Notes: generated by a model not told the origin, from the sequence alone. DNA of 63,095 bases, filler included, from 8 parts of 8 records of this genome joined end to end with filler, not necessarily neighbours in it, one strand, 5' to 3'; shown: positions 41,304-51,424, counted from the whole stretch's first letter. Translations and numbers: made by a program.

Positions 41304-43082
41304 TTCGTCGCGGGTAGCCATAAAAGTAGGGCAGAGGGTGCCGCCAATAATCTCGCTTTTGCGGCAGTCGCCCGAACCGTTACATTTTTCAATGCTGCGG
41401 AAATAGCCTTTGTTATTCGAAAAATCGAAATAAGTTTTGGGCTCGGGAATAGGTTTGCCGGGAACTACCCGCAGATTTTCAGTAATTGGTGGCGTATCAA
41501 CAATCTTTCCGGGATTAAAAATATTGTCCGGATCCCAGGCTTTTTTTACCGACTTAACAAATTGGTAGCACTTTTCGCCCAGCATAAACGGAATGAATTT
41601 TCCGCGTACACGGCCATCGCCATGTTCGCCACTCATCGAGCCTCGGTATTTTTTTACCAATCTGGCGGTTTCGTTCATTAAGGTGTCGAAACGTTTTACA
41701 TCTTCCGGATCTTTGAAATTAATAAGCGGACGGAAATGAATTTCGCCGGTTGCAATGTGGGCATAGAAAACACTTTCAAGTCCCAAACTTTTCAATACTT
41801 TTTTAAAATCGGCAATATAATCGGGTAAATATTCAGGGTGAACTGCAGTGTCTTCAACGCCTGGAATGCCTTTTCTGTCACCGGGAATATTTGAAAGCAA
41901 ACCCAAACCGGCAGTTCGAAGTGCCCAAACTCGTTTTATTTTATCGGCACCGGTTACAAGAGGGTAGTGGTACCCTAATCCGGCTTCTTTTAATTCTTTT
42001 TCAAGGGCGTCAGCTGTATCCTTTAATTCCTTCTCGGTTTCAAAAGATAGTTCAATCATCAACATTGCGCCCGGATCGCCTTTTACGAAGAAACGGTTTT
42101 TATTTTGCTCGATATTTTTTTTAGCTGCCTGCATTACCGGATCGTCCATCAACTCAATGGCTGTTGGTTTGTATTTCAGAGCAATCAGGTTTCCTTGTAA
42201 CGATTCTTCAAGGGTTTCGAAATGCGCACAAACCAAACCTCTGTGTTTTGGAGGCAGTGGAATTACGTTTAATTTTATTTTTGTTGAGAAAGCCAAAGTC
42301 CCTTCAGAACCGGCCAATAATTTGCAAAAATTAAATGGTTCGCCGCCTTCCGTGTAAATTTCCGAATTCATTAACTCGTCAATGGCGTAGCCCATATTCC
42401 GGCGGGTTAGTTTCGGATCTGGAAAATTATTCCTGATTTCTTCCTTGTTTTCAGGATTAGAAAGCATCTTGTCGATATTCTCGTAAATGGCTTTTTCTAA
42501 TTTGTTGGGATTACCATTTAGTTTTGCCGCCAATTCGTCTTTTGTTAGTGGCTTAAAAATAGTTTCGCTGCCGTCGGCTAAAATGGCATCCACTTCCAAA
42601 ATGTGTTCGCGCACACTTCCATAAGCCAGCGAGTGTAAACCACATGAATTGTTCCCCAGCATTCCGGCAATTACACAACGATTGGCAGTAGAAGTTTCCG
42701 GTCCAAACTGTAAACCATGTTTAGCCAGAAATAAATTTAGTTCAGCCAAAACTACACCGGGCTCAACAATCACATAGTTTTCTTCTTTGTTGAACTCCAG
42801 AATTTTGTTCATGTATTTCGAAATGTCGACCACAATTCCGTGGCCAACTACTTGCCCAGCCAGCGAAGTTCCTGCACCACGCGGAATTACCGAAGTTTTG
42901 TTTTGGCGGGCAAATTCGATAATTTTTTTGATATCTTCTTTATTCTTTGGCTTGGTAACTGCCAGCGGCATTTCTTTGTATTGCGAGGCATCGGTTGAAT
43001 ACAAAACGCGCTGTACGTTATCAATATAAAGATCGCCTTCGAGTTGCGATTTTAGTTGGTTAAAGTTTGCTGTAATTGTCAT
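41304..43082 (-). CDS. FAD-linked oxidase with Fe-S domain (GlcD/D-lactate dehydrogenase-like), 3' truncated
   Basis: YSTDASQY, PRGAGTSLAGQ, GNNSCG, GSEGTL, SGEHGDGR, FNPGK, CNGSGDC...CP. Confidence 0.9.
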
Positions 43083-43180
43083 CACAAAATTCTTTTGAAT
43101 CACAAATATATATGTAAGATGTCATACAAAAAAGTAATGTTTCGCAAAAGGAATAGAAATTCTACCAAAAAGTATTGTAT

Positions 43181-43211
43181 AAAAAAAGTCGGAGAATTTT
43201 TTCTCCGACTT
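43181..43211 (-). terminator. Terminator of the aor-moaD unit
   Basis: A-run then agtcggagaa-tttt-ttctccgact. Confidence 0.75.
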
Positions 43212-43234
43212 ACTGTGTTTATTTGAACAACAAT

Positions 43235-43468
43235 TTATCCAGCTCCTCCCATTTTAAGTATTTTGATAGTGTCTCCCGGTTTTATCACATAGGTACCTCT
43301 TTCCATTCGGCCATTAATCACAAAACACATTCGTGATTCGGTTTTTGGTATACCAAAATATTTTTCGACAAAATCAAATGCCGTTAACGATTCTGTTAAC
43401 TCGATTGTTGTTTCTGTTGGTATTTTTTCTTTCAAACTGCCAAGGGCAGAAATAGTAATTTTATCCAT
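43235..43468 (-). CDS. MoaD/ThiS family sulfur-carrier protein
   Basis: 77 aa beta-grasp-like sequence (FVING...IKPGDTIKIL) ending MGGAG, 3 nt downstream of the AOR stop. Confidence 0.75.
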   Translation of the reverse strand: MDKITISALGSLKEKIPTETTIELTESLTAFDFVEKYFGIPKTESRMCFVINGRMERGTYVIKPGDTIKILKMGGAG

Positions 43469-43471
43469 TTA

Positions 43472-45394
43472 CTATTCTTCCATTAGTTCCTCTAAACGCA
43501 ATTCTACTAATTTACCTTTTAGCGGAACTCCATTTTCGTCCATTCCGGCCATATGGTAGTACAACTCTTTAGCCTCGTTAAATTCTTTTTTATCAATGGC
43601 TATACCTTTTAGCACTCCATTGGTCATAGGTGTAAATACACGTTCCGGAAGTACCTCGTCTTTAGCAGTTATGCCACATTTTGCATTAAATAAGCGGCCC
43701 ATAACAATGCTTCGTTCTGCAGCCAATATCAGTTCGTTTAGCGATAAATCCCAGCCTGTAATGTTGTTCACCAAGTCCGGTAGGTGTTCCATAAGAATCA
43801 TTCGGCGGCTAGGCTCGGCAAGGAAAATACAAATGTCGAGCATGTCCATAACACCCCATAATTTTTGGAGAATTACAAAAGCCCGTATTTTGTCGTGGTC
43901 TAACGAGCATGGCACGAGTGGTTTACGAATTCCCCAATTAAATAAGGTATAAATATTTCCATCAACTAAGGCTGCCGGATCTTCATTTGGTTCGCCCATA
44001 AAACAGTGGTCGTGTTCTACAACTACGTGGTCGGCACCATTTGGAGATACTGCGTAACCTAAGGCTACATTCCATTTTCCCCGTCCTTCGTGTGCAGCAA
44101 ATTCCATTTTTTTAGAAGTCATTGCATATTTAGGTGCATCTCCACCAATTTTTTGTGCAGCGCGATAAGCTCCTTCAGCCAGAATATCACCAAAACCATC
44201 GCGTTTTGCAATTTTTTCGATAATGCGCAAGAAGGCTTCTTCGTTTCCAAAAATTAGTTCAAGTCCGTCAGTGTCTTCTTTTGTAATGATTCCTTTTTCA
44301 TAACATTCCATAGCAAAGGCAATGGTCATACCTAATCCAATGGCATCCATTCCAAAACGAGCAGTAAGCTCGTTACCTTTACAAACGGTTACTGCATTCG
44401 GAATACCACAGTTTGAACCAATAGAACCAAGTGTTTCATATTCGGGAGCACCGTATGCCGGATCGATATTTTTATCTGGATTTTTCGATTCTTTTTTAAC
44501 AACTTGTTTACATCGAACCGGACATGCAAAACATCCTTCGCGCTTCATTTCCAGTTCTTTCTCAATGCTTATTCTGTCAATACCTTCAGCATGTTCAAAT
44601 TCGCCCATCTGGAAGTTGTGTGTTGGCAATATTCCCATACCACTTAAAATGGTAGGTAAACACATCGTCCCAACTTTTCCAAAGCCATCTAAACTATCAT
44701 GCTTCTTCCAGTTTTTTCCAAACCACTGGGCGTATTCTTTAATGTTTGCAGCTTCTTTCATAAACTCGCGGTTATCGCCTTTTACAGCAATTGCCCGTAG
44801 GTTTTTCGAACCGAAAACAGCACCCATTCCACCACGACCATTCCAGTGTTTTAGCTCGTTACAAACGGCGGCAAATCGAATCAGGTTTTCTCCTGCAGGA
44901 CCGGTTTGAAGCACACGAGCACGTTTTTCGCCCATTTCTTCACGAATGGCTTCCTGTACAGGGCCTGTATCCTGGCCCCACAAATGTGTAGCGCTTTTAA
45001 TTTCAACTTTGTCGTTTTTAATTGAAATGTAGCAAGGCTCCGCAGCTTTACCTTCAACAATAATGGCATCCCAGCCGGCAAATTTAAGCTCAGGTCCAAA
45101 AAAACCACCTGCTTCCGATTTCCCAAATCCTTCGGTTAATGGACTTTTAGCACCAACCGAAAACCGCGACGTGCCAGGAACCGGTGAGCCGGTAATAACA
45201 CTTGGAGCTACAATGAGCTTGTTTTCCGGACCAAGTGGATCTGCATCGCCCGACACCTCTTTGTTGAGATAGTAACCTATTATATTTGTACCACCTATAT
45301 ATTGTTTGAAAAATTCTTGTCCAGGTTCTTCTATCTTAACTGATGAGTCAGTAAGATTAATTCTAAGGATTTTATTTCTGTAACCAAAAGTCAT
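43472..45394 (-). CDS. aor: Aldehyde:ferredoxin oxidoreductase family (tungstopterin) enzyme
   Basis: KILRINL, DPLGPENKL, AKSPLT, GGFFGPELKFAGWD, GRGGMGAVFGSKNLRAI, Fe-S ligands CFACPVRC and DICIF, PEYET, GMDAI. Confidence 0.93.
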   Translation of the reverse strand: MTFGYRNKILRINLTDSSVKIEEPGQEFFKQYIGGTNIIGYYLNKEVSGDADPLGPENKLIVAPSVITGSPVPGTSRFSVGAKSPLTEGFGKSEAGGFFGPELKFAGWDAIIVEGKAAEPCYISIKNDKVEIKSATHLWGQDTGPVQEAIREEMGEKRARVLQTGPAGENLIRFAAVCNELKHWNGRGGMGAVFGSKNLRAIAVKGDNREFMKEAANIKEYAQWFGKNWKKHDSLDGFGKVGTMCLPTILSGMGILPTHNFQMGEFEHAEGIDRISIEKELEMKREGCFACPVRCKQVVKKESKNPDKNIDPAYGAPEYETLGSIGSNCGIPNAVTVCKGNELTARFGMDAIGLGMTIAFAMECYEKGIITKEDTDGLELIFGNEEAFLRIIEKIAKRDGFGDILAEGAYRAAQKIGGDAPKYAMTSKKMEFAAHEGRGKWNVALGYAVSPNGADHVVVEHDHCFMGEPNEDPAALVDGNIYTLFNWGIRKPLVPCSLDHDKIRAFVILQKLWGVMDMLDICIFLAEPSRRMILMEHLPDLVNNITGWDLSLNELILAAERSIVMGRLFNAKCGITAKDEVLPERVFTPMTNGVLKGIAIDKKEFNEAKELYYHMAGMDENGVPLKGKLVELRLEELMEE

Positions 45395-45779
45395 ATGCCT
45401 AAAATTTATTTGAATATTCGAATTTCTACCTTCAAAAATACAAAATATTAAAAAGAAATAGCGGGGGTGTTTATTACATAATTGTCTGATATTGAATAAA
45501 TTCGAGTGGTAAAAATATTCATATCGTATATGGGCTTGTTTCAGGGAGTTATAATTCGAACGGGGGATCTTAATTTATCAATTGATATTAAAAGTGTTCC
45601 GAATTGTATCAAATACCCCCCCTATACAAACTCTATACAAAGCTTCTGGAACATAAAATTAATACTTGTCTTATAGCAATAAAAAGTATTTTGGCAGCAA
45701 GGTAAAATCAGAACAAATTTTTAAATTGCATTTCTGTATTTCTGAGGTTAATATTTTAAATCGAACTCAGGTAATTAAA

Positions 45780-46508
45780 ATGCTAAGTAAAGAAGAACAT
45801 ACCAGGTATGAACGACAGCTTATTTTACCAAAATTTGGAGAACAAGCGCAAAACAAATTAAGAAAGGCAAAAGTTTTTATTGCCGGAGCAGGAGGACTTG
45901 GTGCGCCTGTTTGTTATTACCTGGCGGCTGCAGGGATAGGACACCTTATAGTGTGCGACAGAGATAAGGTGGAATTGTCGAACCTGAACCGGCAAATCCT
46001 TCATGCTACTGGCGATATTAGTGTTGCCAAAGCCAATTCCGCAAAAAATACTTTAACAGGTTTAAATCCGAAAATAAAAGTTGAAGCGCAGAATGCTTCA
46101 ATTGATGAAAACAACATCGGATTTCTGGCAGATGCTGCTGATATTATTGTGGATTGCCTGGATAATATTGAAACACGACTGGTTTTAAATAAGTATAGTT
46201 TGAAAAACGGAACGCCAATTATGCATGCCGGAATTGATGGTTGGACCGGACAATTAACTTTATTAGCACCACCCGAAACCCCTTGTATAAATTGTTTGTT
46301 TTTTGGTGCCACTGACACTAACGAAGCCAAACCTGTTCTTGGGGCAGTTGCCGGTGTTATTGGAACCATGCAGGCTTTAGAAACCATCAAATTTCTTATT
46401 GGTAAAGGCAGTTTAAAAAATACACTACTATACTTCGATGCAGAATGTATGGAATGGACAAGAATTAATATTCAAAAGAATAAACATTGCTTAATCTGTA
46501 GTAAATAA
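45780..46508 (+). CDS. moeB: HesA/MoeB/ThiF family adenylyltransferase
   Basis: RYERQ, GAGGLG, SNLNRQ, DCLDN, Zn pairs CINC and CLIC. Confidence 0.88.
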   Translation: MLSKEEHTRYERQLILPKFGEQAQNKLRKAKVFIAGAGGLGAPVCYYLAAAGIGHLIVCDRDKVELSNLNRQILHATGDISVAKANSAKNTLTGLNPKIKVEAQNASIDENNIGFLADAADIIVDCLDNIETRLVLNKYSLKNGTPIMHAGIDGWTGQLTLLAPPETPCINCLFFGATDTNEAKPVLGAVAGVIGTMQALETIKFLIGKGSLKNTLLYFDAECMEWTRINIQKNKHCLICSK

Positions 46509-46529
46509 TAAATCATCAATAAAATCGTC

Positions 46530-46907
46530 ATGGCAGGTTCAAAAGGTTCGAAATATTACGACATTTTTCTCGATTATACTATTCATTTAAAACACCGGCA
46601 AAAAGGTGAGTTAATGAATGTCAACCATTTTGCTTTACTGAATTGTATTTACGAAAAGGGATCGTTAAAAGAAGCGGCCGAAAAACTTGATATGAGTTAC
46701 CGAAAAGCCTGGGGCATTGTTCAATCTATGGAAGAAGCGTTAGGATTTGGCCTGGTAAACCGGCAGCGTGGTGGTGCACACGGTGGCAGAACAATCCTCA
46801 CCGACGATGGCTTGAAATTAATTCATGCTCACAAAGAATTACGCGAAGAGTTCGACAAGGCAATTCATGATATGACAAAGAAATTTTTTCGTGAGCTTAA
46901 TCAATAA
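46530..46907 (+). CDS. ModE-type winged-helix regulator (no molybdate-binding TOBE domains)
   Basis: GSLKEAAEKLDMSYRKAW...LVNRQRGGAHGGRTILT. 125 aa. Confidence 0.88.
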   Translation: MAGSKGSKYYDIFLDYTIHLKHRQKGELMNVNHFALLNCIYEKGSLKEAAEKLDMSYRKAWGIVQSMEEALGFGLVNRQRGGAHGGRTILTDDGLKLIHAHKELREEFDKAIHDMTKKFFRELNQ

Positions 46908-46939
46908 TAACCTTCTTTTTTTCTGAATTTTTAAAGCCC

Positions 46940-46968
46940 TGTTTATTTAGTTCTGGTATAAATAAACA
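46940..46968. promoter_or_regulatory. Inverted repeat, candidate ModE-like operator upstream of moeA
   Basis: TGTTTATTTA-N9-TAAATAAACA with perfect 10-bp arms. Confidence 0.45.
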
Positions 46969-47070
46969 AACCGAGTGGTAAATTATTGCAATTCCATTAT
47001 TTTTGTCTTCGATTTGCAAATGATTGCATGTCGGTAGTTCGTAGAATTAACAGGAATAGGAGGAAGATAG

Positions 47071-48242
47071 ATGCTGGAGTTTGAAGCTGCCCTGCAAAAA
47101 ATTTTGTCTAACACTTTGTTGTTAGAGTCGGAAAAAATAAAATTGAAAGTTGCCTGTAACAGGGTGTTAAGCACTGATACCATTTACGATGTTGCCCTCC
47201 CCCTTTCAATAAATCGGCCATGGATGGCTTTGCATGCCAAGCACATGATATTGCCAATGAGTTGGAAATAATTGAAGTGATTTCAGCTGGAAAAAAGCCG
47301 GAAAAACCAATTGGAAAAAACCAATGTGCAAAAATTATGACTGGTGCTGTAGTGCCTGAAGGAGCCGATTGTATAGTAATGAAAGAATACTCGAACGAAG
47401 TAGATGGAAAGGTTAGCTTTACTATACGCAAAACAAAATCGAATATTTGTTACACCGGCGAAGATGTAAAGGTGGGCGATATGGCACTTCCCAAAAACAC
47501 GTTGTTAACACCTCGACATATTCCGGTATTGGCAGGTGCCGGAGTAGACCAACCTGAAGTTGCCCGTCAGCCGCGAGTTTCTGTTTTTGCAACCGGAAGC
47601 GAACTGGTTGAGCCTGAAGAAAAACCAAAATCGTTTCAAATTCGTAATTCCAATTCGTCGCAAATGCTGGCACAGCTTGAAGAAATAGGAATTAAAGGTA
47701 AATATGGTGGCATAATCAGCGATAATTTCGAGGAAACCAAAGAAAAAATGGCTTATGCTTTTGAGAAGAGTGATATCGTGATTCTGTCGGGCGGAGTATC
47801 GGAAGGCGATTTCGATTTTATTCCTTCAGTTATTAAGGAATTGGGTTTCGAAATTCTTTTAACACGAATTGCCGTTCAGCCCGGAAAACCAATCATTTTT
47901 GCCCGCAACGGTAACAAATTCTGTTTTGGTTTGGCTGGTAACCCGGCCTCTTCTTTCTTACAATTTGATTTGTATCTGAAGCCATTTATTTTCAAATTAA
48001 TGGGACATGATTTTGAGCCTAAAATGGCAAAGGCCACTTTAACCGAAGATTATTCGCGTAAAAAGACCGAACGTTTAAAATTTATTCCGGCCTATTTAAG
48101 TGAAGATTTGAATGTAACACCGGTTGAATACCACGGTTCAGCACATATTAATGCTCTGGTAGAAAGCAATTGCATGATTCTAATGCCAATTGGAATTTCA
48201 GAATTTAAAAAAGGAGAAACAGTAGATGTTAGACGCTTATAA
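47071..48242 (+). CDS. moeA: Molybdopterin molybdo/tungstotransferase MoeA with 1-nt frameshift
   Basis: Adding one C at 47199-47203 gives LPPFNKSAMDG. Also IMTGA, TGSEL, SGGVSEGDFD, QPGKP, GNP. Confidence 0.93.
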
Positions 48243-49029
48243 TCGCGAAATTAATTACCTGCGCATTTCTGTAACCGACCGTTGTAACCTGCGCTGCACA
48301 TACTGTATGCCAGCCGAAGGCATTGAGTTAATGCGGCACGACCAGATATTAACGCTGGAACAAATTACCGATATTGCCCGCATTGGTGCTGAAAAATTTG
48401 GGATTACAAAATTACGATTAACCGGTGGCGAACCATTGGTGCGTAAAGGAATTGTAAATTTGGTGAGCATGCTAAATACCATTGAGCAGATTGAGGAAAT
48501 AACACTTACCACCAATGGAATTTTATTGCCAAAATATGCAGCCGGTTTAAAAGCCGCAGGCCTTAAACGTGTGAATATAAGCCTTGATACATTGTCTCCC
48601 GAAAAGTTTAAAGCCATTACCCGTTTTGGAGAAATATCTGATGTTTTGGAAGGAATACAGGCCGCAAAAAAGGCCGGACTTTACCCCATAAAAATTAATG
48701 TGGTAAAAATGGAGACAACAGATAAGGCAGAGCTGGAAGAACTAAAAGCTTTTTGTGAGCGGGAAGGATTGAAAATACAGTTTATCCGTCAGATGGATCT
48801 TGAAAATGGTTCGTTTTCGCAAGTTGAAGGCGGAAGGGGAGGAAATTGTAGTATTTGTAATCGTTTGCGTTTAACCGCCGATGGATTTATAAAGCCTTGT
48901 TTGTTCAGCAATATTGCATTTAGTGTTAATGAATATGGGATTGAAGACGCTTTTAAAGCTGCACTTCAGAAGAAACCCGAAAAAGGAAAAACCAGTAACA
49001 ACCATAGTTTCTATAATATAGGAGGGTAA
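48226..49029 (+). CDS. moaA: GTP 3',8-cyclase (radical SAM), short form
   Basis: YLRISVTDRCNLRCTYC, LTGGEP, TTNG, NISLD, CSICNRLR...PC, C-terminal IGG. Confidence 0.93.
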   Translation: MLDAYNREINYLRISVTDRCNLRCTYCMPAEGIELMRHDQILTLEQITDIARIGAEKFGITKLRLTGGEPLVRKGIVNLVSMLNTIEQIEEITLTTNGILLPKYAAGLKAAGLKRVNISLDTLSPEKFKAITRFGEISDVLEGIQAAKKAGLYPIKINVVKMETTDKAELEELKAFCEREGLKIQFIRQMDLENGSFSQVEGGRGGNCSICNRLRLTADGFIKPCLFSNIAFSVNEYGIEDAFKAALQKKPEKGKTSNNHSFYNIGG

Positions 49030-49033
49030 TAAA

Positions 49034-49480
49034 ATGGGTAAATTATCTCATGTAAACGATAAGGGTGAAGCCAATATGGTAGATGTCTCGGCAAAACCAG
49101 ATCAAACAAGAATAGCAACCGCACAAGGTTTTATAGAACTGAGCGTTGAAGCATTGCAGCAAGTAAAAGCCAACAGCCTTAAAAAAGGAGATGTATTATC
49201 AACTGCACGTATAGCCGGAATTATGGGAGCCAAACAAACAGCAAATCTTATTCCGCTTTGTCACCCATTGCAGCTTTCGAAAGTTGAACTTGATTTTATA
49301 GTAAAAGATAATGGTATTGAGGTTAATGCTTTAAGTAAATGCATAGGAAAAACAGGTGTTGAGATGGAAGCCTTAACTGCTGTTAATGTTGCACTGCTTA
49401 CTATTTACGATATGTGTAAAGCGGTAGATAAACATATGGTAATGCGCGAAATAAAATTGATTAGCAAAACAAAAGAATAA
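49034..49480 (+). CDS. moaC: Cyclic pyranopterin monophosphate synthase
   Basis: MVDVS, KGDVL, LIPLCHP, TGVEMEAL, YDMCKAVD. Confidence 0.96.
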   Translation: MGKLSHVNDKGEANMVDVSAKPDQTRIATAQGFIELSVEALQQVKANSLKKGDVLSTARIAGIMGAKQTANLIPLCHPLQLSKVELDFIVKDNGIEVNALSKCIGKTGVEMEALTAVNVALLTIYDMCKAVDKHMVMREIKLISKTKE

Positions 49481-49482
49481 GA

Positions 49483-50415
49483 ATGACTACACTAAAAATA
49501 GTTTCACTAAATACTTCTAAAACAAAAGGAACTGTTAAGAAGCCGGTTAATTGTATTGTTCTTGATAAAAAAGGAGTTCAGGGCGATGCACATGCAGGCG
49601 ACTGGCACCGGCAGGTAAGTTTGCTTGGTATTGAGAGTTATCGGAAAATGGAAGCTAAAAAACCGGGTACTCAATTGGATATGGGTGTTTTTGCTGAAAA
49701 CATTACAACCGAAGGTTTGGAACTTCATAAAACTAATGTATTCGACCGTTTTGTGAATGAAAATGTGGTTTTGGAAGTTACCCAAATTGGTAAAAAATGC
49801 CACAGTGGTTGTGAAATTATGAAACTAATTGGCGACTGTGTAATGCCGCGTGAAGGCATTTTTACGCATGTGGTTAAAGGTGGCGAACTTACCGGAGAAT
49901 CGACTTTTGAATATGTTCCGCGTGTAATAAAAGTGTTGGTTCTTACCCTTAGCGACCGTGCTTCAAAAGGTGTTTATGAAGATAAAAGTGGACCACTGGC
50001 TGAAAAACTAATGGCAAAATTCTTCGATTCGTATGGAAGATACTTTGAAACAGATAGAAAAATTCTTCCTGATAATAAAGCCGATATTGAAGCCGCCATG
50101 TTGGAAGCTAAAGAACAGAATTACGACATTGTAATTACCACAGGTGGTACCGGACTTGGGAAACGCGACATTACTCCCGATGTTGTTAAACCATTACTCG
50201 ACAAAGAAATTCCGGGTATAATGGAACACATTCGATTAAAATATGGAGCCGAAAAACCCAATGCATTAGTGAGCCGCAGCATTGCAGGATTGATGGATTC
50301 GACGCTGGTTTACGTTTTGCCGGGAAGTACCAAAGCCGTTAACGAGTATTTGACAGAAATAACACCAACCATTGAACATTCACTGCGCATGATTCATGGT
50401 GTGGACAACCACTAA
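49483..50415 (+). CDS. MOSC domain-MogA/MoaB fusion protein
   Basis: N-terminal GDAHAGDWHRQVSLL...FAENITT...QIGKKCH..C...CVMPREG (MOSC). C-terminal SDRAS.G.YED.SG, TTGGTG..RDITP, LPGS (MogA/MoaB). Confidence 0.9.
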   Translation: MTTLKIVSLNTSKTKGTVKKPVNCIVLDKKGVQGDAHAGDWHRQVSLLGIESYRKMEAKKPGTQLDMGVFAENITTEGLELHKTNVFDRFVNENVVLEVTQIGKKCHSGCEIMKLIGDCVMPREGIFTHVVKGGELTGESTFEYVPRVIKVLVLTLSDRASKGVYEDKSGPLAEKLMAKFFDSYGRYFETDRKILPDNKADIEAAMLEAKEQNYDIVITTGGTGLGKRDITPDVVKPLLDKEIPGIMEHIRLKYGAEKPNALVSRSIAGLMDSTLVYVLPGSTKAVNEYLTEITPTIEHSLRMIHGVDNH

Positions 50416-50435
50416 CGGGATTTTGTGAGCTATTT

Positions 50436-50562
50436 ACCCCTTTGGCTGTAGCCATTTCCCCTTATTAGGGGAAAACGTTTTGAAAAGGCTTAGTGGTTTT
50501 ACCACAAAAGATGATTAGAAAATTCTCCCCTCGTGAGGGGAGATGCTGACAAGCAGAGGGGT
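50436..50562. repeat. REP/REPIN-like inverted pair of double-hairpin units
   Basis: Left 50436-50474 acccctttggctgtagccatttccccttattaggggaaa. Reverse complement of right 50523-50562 is acccctctgcttgtcagcatctcccctcacgaggggagaa. Confidence 0.65.
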
Positions 50563-50620
50563 ATCAAAGATTTAATTACAACGAGAATAACCGATTTTAA
50601 CAACTCAAAAAATATCAAAA

Positions 50621-51424
50621 ATGAAAACTACCAAATTTTTTCTATTCGCGATTTTACTATGTTTTACTCTTGCTTTTGTTTCGTGCGACGATAGCGATGA
50701 TGATATTACGCCACTACCAACTGAAATGCAAGCCGATAATAATTGGGTGGAAGATGAAATTAAAGATAATGGCGAGTTGTGGTTTAAAGTAACCTGCGAT
50801 TTGGGATCGACTACAGCTTATGTTGAATGGGCAGAAAAAGATGCGCATGGCGAAGACCGCAACTACACCGGAGATGTAATGATTTCTGCTTATCAGTTAG
50901 ATGGAATTACGCCTTATATTGAAGACAAAGACAATGGTTACGGCGAAAAAGCCAAATCGTTTGCGCTGGCCAATAACGAAGTAGAATTTTTGATAAAAGT
51001 TGTTCCCGGTGAAACAGAAACTCCCGGAACTTTTGCATTGCGTGTAAATGCAACAGCAGTGATAACCGTTGAATATGCCGATTTAGAAATAAGTGAAATC
51101 TGGACTGAGGGTACTATTGCCGAAGATGAAATTTTAGGTTTTAAAGTAAAGTATTCAGGAGAAAAGAAATTGGCTGTTATTTGGGCTGAAGTAGATACAC
51201 CAGAAAGTGGATACGATGCTGATATTATTGTTTCAGTTCTGTATACCGATGGAATTACGCCATACAAAGACGTGGACAAAAACAAAGACATGCTCGATAA
51301 GAACAAAAGCCACAGCGACGACCCAAAATATATTCTGACCGATGCCGATGAAAATAATTTTAAAATTCATGTAAAAAATACAACTCCGGGGAAATTTGCC
51401 CTTAAAGTTTTTGAAGTAGAATAA
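50621..51424 (+). CDS. Surface lipoprotein with two tandem homologous domains
   Basis: Lipobox FVSC followed by an acidic DDSDDD stretch. Repeated W.E..I....L.FKV...WAE.D....Y..D..(I/V)S....DGITPY...PG.FAL.V. Confidence 0.8.
   Translation: MKTTKFFLFAILLCFTLAFVSCDDSDDDITPLPTEMQADNNWVEDEIKDNGELWFKVTCDLGSTTAYVEWAEKDAHGEDRNYTGDVMISAYQLDGITPYIEDKDNGYGEKAKSFALANNEVEFLIKVVPGETETPGTFALRVNATAVITVEYADLEISEIWTEGTIAEDEILGFKVKYSGEKKLAVIWAEVDTPESGYDADIIVSVLYTDGITPYKDVDKNKDMLDKNKSHSDDPKYILTDADENNFKIHVKNTTPGKFALKVFEVE

Noticed and set aside
44322-44909. 195-aa plus-strand ORF within aor
   Set aside because: Antisense shadow. The same applies to the other short ORFs nested in recognised genes.
45455-45645. 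GGGGG/CCCCCC tracts and a ctatacaaa direct repeat in the aor-moeB intergenic region
   Set aside because: Possibly regulator sites, but too short and degenerate to support without comparative data.
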